In this document: positions 38,901 through 50,300 of the stretch, in pieces | How positions within the stretch are numbered: the stretch's first letter is position 1 | How the letters are laid out: each line of letters opens with the position of its first letter | Assembly: GCA_043228905.1 (NCBI GenBank) | Contig: JBHGNT010000009.1 | Coordinates: 11,718,001-11,782,000 of the forward strand | Length of the DNA stretch: 64,000 nt | DNA from: Azolla caroliniana | Lineage: Eukaryota > Plantae > Polypodiophyta | Direction: 5' to 3' | The notes under the pieces: generated by a model | Told to the model about the DNA's origin: nothing | Database searches by the model: none | The model's input: only the letters and a program-made list of their open reading frames with translations | Position numbers and translations under genes: made by a program

Positions 38901-39730
38901 AACGTGGGCATGGGCCGATCGTAAAGGCGTTGGTGCGTGCATGCGGAGGGCAGGTCGGGAATTGGCTGCGACTCCTTCCTTACGCACTATGGGCGGACCG
39001 AACTACGCACAGTTCGGTAATAGGGTTTATGCCGGTAGAGCTGATGTATGGACAGAAGCCGATCATGATGGTGGAACGGACGGTTTCTTCGTGGGCGGCG
39101 GTAGATTGGAAGGACGAGATGAGCAGGGAGGAGTTGCTAGCGGCGCGGATTTGGAAACTCGAGCGGAGGCCCGGAGGACATGAAACGGGCAAAGGAAAAG
39201 CTGCAGGCGGCAAGGGAACGGAACAAGACCCGGTTCAACCAGAGGCACTGGTTGCGACCAAAGAAGATCGAGGAAGGCGACTGGGTCTTGGTGTACAACA
39301 ACAGCCTCGACAATCAACACAAGGCGGTGCGAAAGTTCGTGAGGAGATGGTTTGGGCCCTACACGGTGATGAGCGCGAACGACAATGACACATACCACCT
39401 CGCGGAACTTGATGGGACACGGCTAGCAGTACCGGTGGCCGGGAAGCGGATCAAAGCGTTCAAGAAGCGGTTCGAGGACGAGCCGGACCCAAAGGGCGTG
39501 GACGAGAGTGACGACGATGATCAGTTCGGGCCTGGCAAAGAATCCGAGAGCGCCGACTGAAGCCGGTTTTCTTCGGTATCAACCCATCTCTGGCGCATGC
39601 CGGTGGATGCGCGGTTTGGTGGGGGCGGATGTTGTGAAGAAAACCGGCCATAGGCGGATTCGGGCAAAAAGGCGCATGAACCGGCTCTTGCATGGGAGGA
39701 CGCATGAATTGATATTCTAATATTGATTCA

Positions 39731-42700
39731 TGTTGAGAATCAAGCTCAACTTGGTCTAGTGTGTGAACTCACCTTGAGAGTGAAGAGACACTCCAACGGT
39801 CAAGAGTCACCATTATGCCACCACTTTGTATTCTAGCATTTAGTATGAGTCATAGAATCATATTCTATGACACATAACTTATGAGCCTTCACATTCCCCA
39901 TGCTCCATGAGGAATGTAGTTAATGAAGAGAGAGGGTGACTACATAAAGCACCCTCCTCCCACCTTGTAATAGGTTGAGTCTTTCTCCTTTTTCAATATA
40001 CTTTTAACCTTAAGTATACTCTGTCTCTCTCTTTGTCTCTATCTATCTCACACACACAAACAGTTCACACCTATTCCGCTTCACAAGAATCCATCTCTTC
40101 ATTCTTTACATGGTATCAGAGCGATTTGGTAGCTCGATCTAGCCCATTCGCCTCATCGTGATTGTGTGTTGTTCTCCACGCCGACGACCAAGAACCGGCT
40201 CATCGCTATCGTAGTTTCGCTACATAGCTCGCATTCAAAGAGAGAAGAAGAAGAAGAAGAAGAAGAAGAAGAAGAATCAACATAATGAATACTCAAATGG
40301 GGAGCGCTCTCCCTACCGAGAAGTTGGATCGAAACAACTTCGCATCTTGGGAGTACAAGATGCACCAATACCTTGTCGGACAAGGCTATTGGAGCTACAT
40401 CAAAGGAGCGCATGAAGACCGACCCGCCGATGCGGCTCCCGGATACGCAACATGGGAGCAAGCCGCAAGCCGCGTGATGTATTGTTTGGCGACATGTGTT
40501 CACGACCACATGCTCGGTTACATTCGAGAAGCCAAGATGCCGAAGGAAGCGTGGGAAAATCTACGAAAGATTTTCGCCGCCAACACGACCGCGAGGAAGC
40601 TTCAACTTCGCCAAGAGTTGAACAACATTCAACAAAGGGATATGTCCATCACAACATACACCTTGAAGATCAAGGAGCTTTGCGACTCACTCGGCTCAAT
40701 AAGCGTAAGTATAGATGATGATGAGATGGTGCAAATATGCCTCGGCGGCCTCGCACCACGGTTCGGCGCGATGCGAACCACCGTTCTAGCACGGGAGAAA
40801 TCTCCCTCCTTCTTCGAGCTCCAATCAATGCTATTGGTCGAAGAAAACCATGTGCGTACAAGGAGCAATGAGTCGGAAGGCCACATGCTCTACACGCACT
40901 CTAATGGAGGAAGAGGACGCGGACGAGCGAGAGGCCGATTCGGCCAAGGACAAGGCGGACGAGGTCCGACCTACGACAACAACTCCCAATTTCGGCCGCA
41001 AAATGGAGGCCAACGAGGAACCTTCGCAAGAAGGGGGAGCTTCCACTCCGGCCCGAGCCGTCAAACCGCAACCGAATGCGGATATTGTGGAAAGCTCGGC
41101 CACCACGAAGAAGAGTGCCGAAAGAAGATGCGTGAATCGGCTTCCACAAGCCGACAACTCACGAATTACGTGCACAATTCCGACTACGAAGAGTATAGCA
41201 GAATGTATGGGCACAACTCCGACTACGAGGATCGAGGTGGAATGTACGCATAGAACTCCGACCGTGGCAGAATGTTTATGATGAAACATAGGGCAAACTC
41301 TATGTCGGCCTCTACCTCAACTAGTGCCCTCAATCTGGAGGACGTATGGTTTGTTGACTCCGGAGCCTCAAACCATATGACATCCCACAAAGAATGGTTT
41401 CTCGAACTTCGAGAGCCGGAGCAACCCGGCTATGTCGAAACCGGAGATGACACTACGCACCCGATTTGGCACATCGGCAATGTTCCGTTCGGCGAAAGAG
41501 GTAAGCAAACATACATTAAAAATGTCTTGCATGTTCCCACCATCATGAAGAATTTGGTCTCGGTCGGCCAAATGGTTGAGCAAGGGATGCAAGTACGATT
41601 CGATCAAGAAGGGTGCTTCATCGAAAAAGAAGGCCGAATCATTGCACGCGGAAGAAGAGAGGGCCGGATGTTCATTCTCGATTCGCACGAGATGAAATCC
41701 GCCATGTTCGCGAAAAGCACGAAAGCCGACTCCGACATAGAGCTATGGTATAAGCGAATCGGCCACATCAATCTCAACAAACTCAAAGCAATGAAATCTC
41801 CCGACATTCAAAGAGAAGGAGATTGAAGGTGTATGCGAAGCGTGCCAATTCGGCAAGCAACACCGACACCCATTTCCGAAGGGGCGGAACGTGAGCAAAG
41901 GCGTACTCGACGTAATTTATTCCGATGTATGGGGTCTGGCTCAAATGGCAACATTCGGCGGATGCCGATATTACGTGCTCTTCATCGACGACTTCTCTAG
42001 GCACACTTGGATCTACCCGATGCGGCAAAAGAGCGAAGTGTTCGGACACTTCCAAAGAACCCCGTAAGCCGATTCGGATACAACGATTATATGGCGTACC
42101 ATTATGCCTTTATGATGAAGGTAGCGACAGTACGGGAGCCGGAAACCTTTTCGGAAGCCGCGAAGGCCCCGCGATGGATCGAAGCAATGAACGAGGAGAT
42201 GTAGGCACTACGGAAGAACGAGACGTGGGATCTCGTTCCCACCTCACCACACAAAAAGGCGATCGGATGCAGATGGATCTACAAGGTGAAGTATAACGCC
42301 GATGGCTCCGTAAACCGCTACAAAGCTCGACTCGTAGTGAAAGGATACGCTCAGACGCATGGCGTCGACTACGAAGAGACCTTTGCCCCGGTGGCAAAGA
42401 TGACGACGGTACGGACCGTAATTGCGATTGCCGCGGCGAAAGGGTGGCACCTCCATCAAATGGACGTCAAGAACGCCTTTCTACAAGGTGAATTAGAAGA
42501 GGTTTACATGATCCAACCACCCGGCTTCAACTCGAGCACCCATCCGAAAGCGGTTTGCCGACTCAAGAAGCCACTCTACGGCATTCGAAGATAATGCAAT
42601 ATCTTCATCAAATCGGCTTCCGTATGTCAAAATCGGACAACTCCCTCTACATACGAAGCGATTTCGCAAGTCCGATCGTCATCATCTTATATGTGGATGA

Positions 42701-44231
42701 CCTAGTCATTGGAGGTGAGCATCTCGTCGAAATCAATAAAGTCAAATCCCTCCTTTCCGACAAGTTTGAGATGACGGACTTGAAGGAGCTTCACTACTTC
42801 CTCGGCATCGAGGCAATTCGGACTCCGGCCGGAATCATGATCTCTCAACGGCACTACATCCTCAACTTGTTATACAAGTTCAGGATGGCTGAGTGCAAAT
42901 CCGTGGCAACCCCGCTCGATCGCAATCTCAAACTAGATGCGAACTCCGGCACCAAAGCGTGTGAGCCAACTCACTATCGGCAACTCATCGGGAGTCTCAT
43001 CTACCTCACGATCACACGACCCGATCTCAGTTATCCGGTCGGTCTCCTGAGCCAATTCATGCAAACACCGTGTGATACTCACTTGGATTCCGGTAAGCGA
43101 GTTCTACGATACGTGAGTGGCACAATGGATTGCGGCATCCTCTACAAGACCGCGATGCCAATACGACTCGAGGGGTACACCGATGCCGATTGGGCCGGCT
43201 ACAAAGCTGATAGAAGATCAACCTCCGGATTTGTTTTCTCCCTCGCAGCGGAGCAATATCCTGGATCAGCAAGAAGCAGCCTACCATCGCTCTTTCCAGT
43301 ACGGAGGCGGAATATAGGGGCGCAGCCGTAGCTGCATGTGAAGTCGTATGGCTTAAGAGGATTTTGAAGGATTTGGGCGTTCCCATCAAGGATCTGACTC
43401 CCCTTTATTGCGACAACATGAGCAATATTTATCTGGCTCGGAACCCGGTGTTCCACGCGCGGACAAAGCACATCGAAGTACACTATCACTTCATCCGAGA
43501 GCGCGTTCTGGCTGGCGATGTCGACCTACAACACATTAGCACCAATCTTCAAACGGCCGACATCTTCACCAAAGCCTTAGGAGCCGACAAGCTATGGCAA
43601 TTCATGACTGATCTCGGATTGAGGATCCCTGACCTGCCAAGCTTGAGGGGGAGTACTGAAGACACTACGCTATAACGCGTGGATTCCACAACCACGCAAC
43701 GAAGCAGCGAAGAGCCGATCTACCGCGCAAAGCCGCGAAGAAAGACGCAAGCCGAAGCACAGACTACGCAACTATGCACGCAAGCCGAAGCTCAGACTTC
43801 ACACAACGCAAGCTAGAGCACGGATTCCACAACTCCGCATAAAGCGAGCCGACGCGAGTCGACGCGGACTCCAGAACGCGAGTTGAAGCGGATTTCGGAT
43901 ACCGTTTGAAATCGACCTGACTTGAGCTTGAGGGGGCGTGTTGAGAATCAAGCTCAACTTGGTCTAGTGTGTGAACTCACCTTGAGAGTGAAGAGACACT
44001 CCAACGGTCAAGAGTCACCATTATGCCACCACTTTGTATTCTAGCATTTAGTATGAGTCATAGAATCATATTCTATGACACATAACTTATGAGCCTTCAC
44101 ATTCCCCATGCTCCATGAGGAATGTAGTTAATGAAGAGAGAGGGTGACTACATAAAGCACCCTCCTCCCACCTTGTAATAGGTTGAGTCTTTCTCCTTTG
44201 TCAATATACTTTTAACCTTGCGTATACTCTG

Positions 44232-44262
<31 letters not shown>

Positions 44263-44332
44263 ATCTATCTCACACACACAAACAGTTCACACCTATTCCG
44301 CTTCACAAGGATCCATTTCTTCATTCTTTACA
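39731..44332 (+). mobile_element. Copia-D, inserted about 100 bp into the Gypsy-C 3' LTR; integrase largely deleted
   Basis: LTRs 39731-40110 and 43939-44332; TSD ATTCA; PBS 40111-40122. gag 40285-41253 with zinc knuckle CGYCGKLGHHEEEC; protease WFVDSGASNHM; jump from integrase to the pre-RT region at about 42056; RT/RNase H to 43675. Confidence 0.95.
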
Positions 44333-47300
44333 ATTCATAAATGGATCAACTGATGTAAATACTAAGTAGTGCACATTTATTAGGAGGGATTGTGCGTATC
44401 TCTGTCAGAAGGGACAGGGAATAAAGCGATTTGACTAGGGAAAAGGGGAACGATTTAAGGAGAGGAGAGAAGGAAGAGTGGGGGGGATCTCGCGTTAAGG
44501 AGGACGAAGTGTTGGAGGACCGAGGGCCGAACTCTGTCTCCTCCTCCAACGGTCATTCTCCGTGGGTGCGGGGAAATTCGACGCCTTTGCTTCGTGGGTA
44601 GCCCGTGCGCTGCTAGCAGAGGTTTTCCCTTCTGCGTTTCTTTAGATCCAGTGTGTTCCGTCTGTGTTCGTGAGTAGGGTCCCCGTGTCGGGTCCATCGC
44701 TGCCTTGCCGGTTGTAACCGTCGGAGTTTGTAATCCCTTGTTATTGTAATCTCTTGTTTTTGTAATCCCTTGTTATTGTAATCAAGTGTTCCGTTCTATT
44801 TCTCTCCTTCTCACTTCTGCGTGTTTGTGAATCTCTCACTCTCTCTCTCTCTCTCGCTCCTCGGTCCAAGACCCCCGTGGTCCCGCCCTTCTACATGCAC
44901 GCGCGAAACTTCGCGATAGCGGTACGGGTACAACGAGTACATGGCGCATCACTATGCGTACATGACTAAGGTGGCGGAAGTGCGTGAGCTGGAGAGCTAC
45001 GCAGAAGCGGCCAAGGACGCAAATTGGCGTGCCGCTATGGAAGAAGAAATGTGGGCACTTGATGTCAACAAGACATGGGACCTGGTTGACCCTCCTCGTC
45101 ACTGTAAACCGATCGCATGCAAGTGGATATACAAAGTAATGTACAATGTTGACGATTCTGTAACCGGTATAAAGCCCGGTTAGTGGCGAAGGGATACGCG
45201 CAGACCCATGGAATCGACTACGACGAGACCTTCGCTCTAGTAGCGAAGATGACAACGGTTCGTGTGGTGTTGGCGGTTGCTGCAGCAAGGGGGTGGCATC
45301 TTCACCAGATGGATGTGAAGAATGCATTTCTTCAGGGTGATCTTGAAGAAGAAGTCTTTATGACTCAGCCCCCCGGCTTTGAATCAGAGATGAACAAGTC
45401 GGCGGTATGCCGGCTGAAGAAGTCGTTGTACGGCCTGAAGCAAGCCCCTCGAGCTTGGAATGCGAAGATCACGCACCGGTTACGTAAGATGGGGTTTGTG
45501 GCCTCCAAATAGGACTCTTCATTGTTCATCCGGCAAGGCTCAACTGGTCTGGTATGTATACTGTTGTATGTTGATGATCTAGTTATCACCGGACCAAGAG
45601 TTCCAGAAATCAACCGCGTCAAGTCCTAGTTGTCGGACGCATTTGAGATGACGGATCTGGGGGACCTTCATTATTTTCTAGGGATCGAGGTGATCCGAAC
45701 CCCGGATGGCATATTGCTCTCACAACGACATTACGTCTTGAATATGTTGTACAAGTTCAGCATGACAGAATGCCGACCTGTCTCCACACCATTGGACTGG
45801 AACCAGTAGCTCCGTCCCAACTTCGGTTCGGCCTGCAACGAGAAACGGTTCCGACAACTTGTTGGAAGCCTTATTTACCTGATTATCACACGCCCTGACA
45901 TCAGCTATCCGGTCGGGATGATAAGTCAGTTCATGCAGAAGCCGACCGTGGAGCACCTTCAGTGCGTGCAACGGATATTGCGATATGTAAGCGGCACAAA
46001 GGATCGGGGACTGTTATACCGGCGAGGTATAACCGAAGAGCTCGTCGGTTACACGGATGCCGACTGGGCCGGCGATGCATCAGATCGCCGATCAACCTCT
46101 GGTTACATGTTTTCCCTAGGTACCGCGGCTATTGCGTGGAGCAGCAAAAAGCAGCCAACAGTTGCTCTGTTGAGCACTGAGGTTGAGTATCGAGGCGCTA
46201 CCATTGCCACCTGTGAAGCCATTTGGCTTCAGCGACTGCTGAAAGACTTACGGATCGAGGTACCGACCCCGATTCTGGTCTACTGCGACAACATAAGCAA
46301 CATACAACTCGCCAAGAACCCTGTGTTCCATGCTCGCACGAAGCACATAGAAGTGCATAATCACTTTGTGCGTGAGCGGGTCCTGAGCGGTGAAGTTGAA
46401 CTATGGTATGTTCACACGGATCGGCAAGTAGCCGACATCTTCACCAAACCGCTCGGATCAGACAAGTTGCAACACTTCACCGACATGCTTGGTGTTCAGC
46501 ATCTCGACGTGCCACACTTGAGGGGGAGAACGGGCAGAGACACCGGAACGGGCAAAGGCAAATAGACTGCCAATTGCGCCGATGAGGGAAGAACAGAAGG
46601 CGGTAGAGTCAAGAAGGACAGAGCCGACCGAAGGAAGAAGGCCAACACCCGGACATGGTCCAATGTGGTGAAGGGCTTGGAACCAGAAGACGAATCGGGA
46701 GCAACCGATTCGGATAAGAGCTGGAACGAATCGGAGACAGTGGATTCGGTTCAAAAGATAGATTCGGAAGAACCAGATCAATTCAAGGCCAAGCAGACAC
46801 GGATGCAGCGGAGAAACCGACGGATCGATAAGCGCCGGAGTCATAGCAGCGAAGGAGCTGAGAGGGGCCTATTGAGCAGACATATACCGACCGAGAAGGT
46901 AGGGGCGCGCAGAGCAAGAGGGGTCGCGGCAAACAAAACCAGACCGGACGAGGAGCGCGAGCAAGGCGAAGCGACACCAGGAGAGGTCGGTTGGAAGAAC
47001 CTGCTGCCACAAAGACTGACATTAAGATCCAACCTCAAGTTGAGCTTGAGGGGGAGTGTTGAGCGGCAAGCTCAACTGGAGCCGGATCGGCTGAATAAGC
47101 CTGAGCCAGCAAGCGAGACAGATCGGTAAGTTGGCAAGCAACAGAACCGGTGAGCTGGGGAGCTGGTTAGCCGGATCCAATTGGTAAATAGTGCTATTGA
47201 GCATAGTTGTAAAACATAGAGTGATTATATTGTTTTGAATATAACTCTTACGTTTTGCTCTCTCTGTCTCTCCCGTGTACTCCTTGTATTCCCTACTTCC

Positions 47301-50300
47301 TCTGTTTTCTAACGTTCCCGCAAGTAATCATTTACACTAATGAATGAATCGCCCCGTTGATGTATTGTATTCTTCCATCAGCCAAGTGCACCGTATAGGT
47401 GTGATCACTTACAGTGGGTTGGGGATTCCCCATATCGGAACCAAACGATCATTCACAAAGTTGTGTGAGCTTCCCGAATCAAACAAAAATTGTACGGGAG
47501 ATCCATTGATATACCCGTTTGCACGTAGTAAATCGTTGGGACCCAATACATATTGAGGGAAAGAACATTGACAATTACTTAAATGATGTGTATAGACTTG
47601 AAGGACATTAGAAATCTGACCTTTATGGTCTGCAGCTTTAGCTTTGTTGTCATGCTGTTTCCGTTGGAGCTTTTGACATTGCTCTTTTGTATGACCCTTC
47701 TTTTTGCAGAATACGCAAAAAGGATGTTGTCACTTACAATCGCGATCCATGAATTCGTTGGGTGTCTTGCATTTCCCAGCGAATTGTGATTGCTTAGTCC
47801 TGGGCGCTTTGTTGGGTTTGTTGTGGTCCTTCTTCGAAGTGCGTTGATAGCGAAGAACTATTTCAACGGCATCTTCGAAGGATTTTGGATCCTTATCGTG
47901 CACTATCCAGTGATAGTCTGAATTGGGGTTGCAATTGACAAAACAAGCTATTAACCAATTGTCCCCTTCTAGACTCGACTTTTGGATTTGGGTTCTAGCA
48001 TGGTGGACATAATCTTCTAGCGAGGAAAACTTCCTGCTAGAGAGGTTCATTAAAGCTTGTGCTGCCTCGGTTCGAGAGGGAGGTTGCAGAAATTGGCCCT
48101 TGAAAAATGTGACAAAATCTGTCCAGGTATCAGGCAATTTCCCCAATGTACGGAGCCCACGCCACCAGGCGGCGGCCTTACCCCCTAGTTCTCGGCCGAC
48201 ATATGCAATCTTCGTACTATCTGGAGTGGAATAGAGCTCAAAATGAGACTCCCATCGGCCCAGCCACATGCAGATTGCTTCTTCAGTTCTTTCCTTTTTG
48301 TCTCCCGTAAATGGATTAACGACAAATGATGGTTCACCATGTCGCTCATCAGGTCTATTAGTCTCACGTTGTAAACTAATGACACATGCCTCGAGAGCAC
48401 TTTGGGATTGCCAAAGTTCGGTCATCTGTTGAGCGGTGAAACTAAGATATTGGCTTATTTGCGAAAAATATATCTCAATGGACATTTGTCCAAGAGGATT
48501 CCCTTGAGTTCCTTCCGCTTGAGCGGATGACATTGGGTCGTTATTTTGAGCCATTAAATGAAGAAATAGGATAAGGTCAGAGAAATAGTCATAACATCAT
48601 GTCGTGATGTAAACATATCATGGGCAACATTAATCGATATCATGATCTCACGTCAATACCCCTCTAGACATATGAGATGAGGTTCAAGATCAGGTTACTA
48701 TGGTAACACAAAGGTGTTTTAGAAACCATGGGGGTGACAATTTAATGTCTTTCCCTGATCTCTATATCGATTTTTTCATGGTGGCTCCCCGAGGCTCAAC
48801 CATGTATGTTCGCGTCATGAATAGTTTATACATGAAAAAAATGTTAACAATAAACTATGTTTCGGTGCCCAACACATGTCATATGTATCAAGAATGTTGT
48901 ATGGTCTTGGTCATATTTGAACTCGAGACCTCGAGAACAAATACATTAAACACTTGAGCCAACCAAGTAGATTGCTCTTCTTTGAATGTTTAATGTTTCA
49001 TGTGTATAAGAGATATGCAAGGCATTTGCTTATATGGTTTTTTTAAAAGAAACATATATGTCAAGAGTCCTTATTTCGCCCTCATTTACTACAACTATGT
49101 TGGTACGTTACCTAACTTCAAGTCTCATAATTACGATGGCATACGCCAAAGTGCAACCTAATGGTCAAGCCAAATGAGCCCTCTTTTCGTAGTAGGCCCA
49201 CGTGGCCCATCACATGATCACGTCTTTACGAATGTCTCTCGTAAGAATGATCTCATGGTGGCATCGTATCCATGTAATGAGGGAGGGATGTTGGATACGT
49301 GTGTCATAGGAGCGACCTCACATGAAGTGGGCCAAGCCCTACGTACTCAACATCATTATGGCTATAGGCGTTTCTTTACGTAATGAAATATCGAAGTCAC
49401 CAACGGGGATTTCAACAATAAAAAAGTGTTGAAAAAAGGGATGGTGACAACGCTATTCTCACAAAAATGTGAGGATGGCCACCAAGATCCTTTCCCCGAA
49501 AAGGAAAACATTTGATTTAAAATCACGTAATAACTTATATACACATATGTATATTATCACATATATACGATCAACTACGTATACACGTCACCACATATGC
49601 CTATATTAAACAAATTGTTTTATTTAATAGCCTAAAATGACATAATCAAGATACATAATCGAGGCATATACCTCTATGTACACAAGACATCCAAAAATAA
49701 GGGTTAATCGTAATACGCAATTGAGGTATTGACCTCTTACGCATACGAGACCAAACGCATATCATTTACAACGAATCGAGGTATTGACCTCATACGCAAA
49801 CGTAACATATGTTTGTGAATGTAATACGCAATTGAGGTATTAACCTCGTACGCATACGATACTAATCACATATTAAATATATGTCAAATGAGGTATTGAC
49901 CTCGTACACACATGTAAACGTTTTATACAACCAATTAATTACCACTACAACATCATTAAATTAATGAAAACAATTACATATAGACTATACACATGATTAG
50001 ATGGGAGAAGAAAAAATAGAAAAAAAATAAGGAAAGAGTTACCGAAGTTCCATTGTTGATCGTTGTCTGGATCAAGGCTGACCGCACATCGATCGATCAC
50101 CATCAATCAACAAAACAAAAGACAACAAAAGAAACATTAGCACATTAGCTCGGATACCAACTATTAGAGACATGAACTAATGTAAGCATTAGATAAGGAT
50201 AGAATATAGATAAATAGATAGAAAGGAGAGAGAGAAAGAAGGGTGCCGATCCACCCGACCACCCCCAAGCGAAGGGATCGAGACGGACTCGAGCCTCGAT

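Larger units (their letters stand above)
26933..44918 (+). mobile_element. Gypsy-C, non-chromovirus Ty3/gypsy primed by tRNA-Trp, inserted in Copia-B
   Basis: LTRs 26933-28006 and 39630-44918, both interrupted by Copia-D sequence. 4-bp TSD GCGG splits Copia-B DPVKR|YGYNEY. PBS TGGTGAACCCGACGTGAA at 28011-28028; PPT 39613-39629. gag from 28051; protease ALVDHGSEINL; RT 36287-37393 (PFLDDI); RNase H 37403-38239; integrase to 39560. Confidence 0.93.
25546..47336 (+). mobile_element. Copia-B, inserted in the Gypsy-A protease region; internally deleted
   Basis: 5' LTR 25546-25928; PBS TGGTATCAGAGC 25929-25940; 3' LTR 47057-47336 (carries a deletion); TSD CTAAT. In-frame gag-to-integrase fusion ORF 26018-26803. 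RT/RNase H 44923-46565, followed by the Pol extension. Confidence 0.95.

Noticed and set aside
30485-39705. Many overlapping 60-210 aa ORFs in the ORF track
   Set aside because: They are antisense or alternative-frame shadows of GC-rich gag-pol sequence with no recognisable motifs.
49660-49910. CRISPR-like spaced palindromic repeats
   Set aside because: The repeats are only 14 bp, the spacers resemble each other, they lie in a eukaryotic retrotransposon leader, and there are no cas genes.
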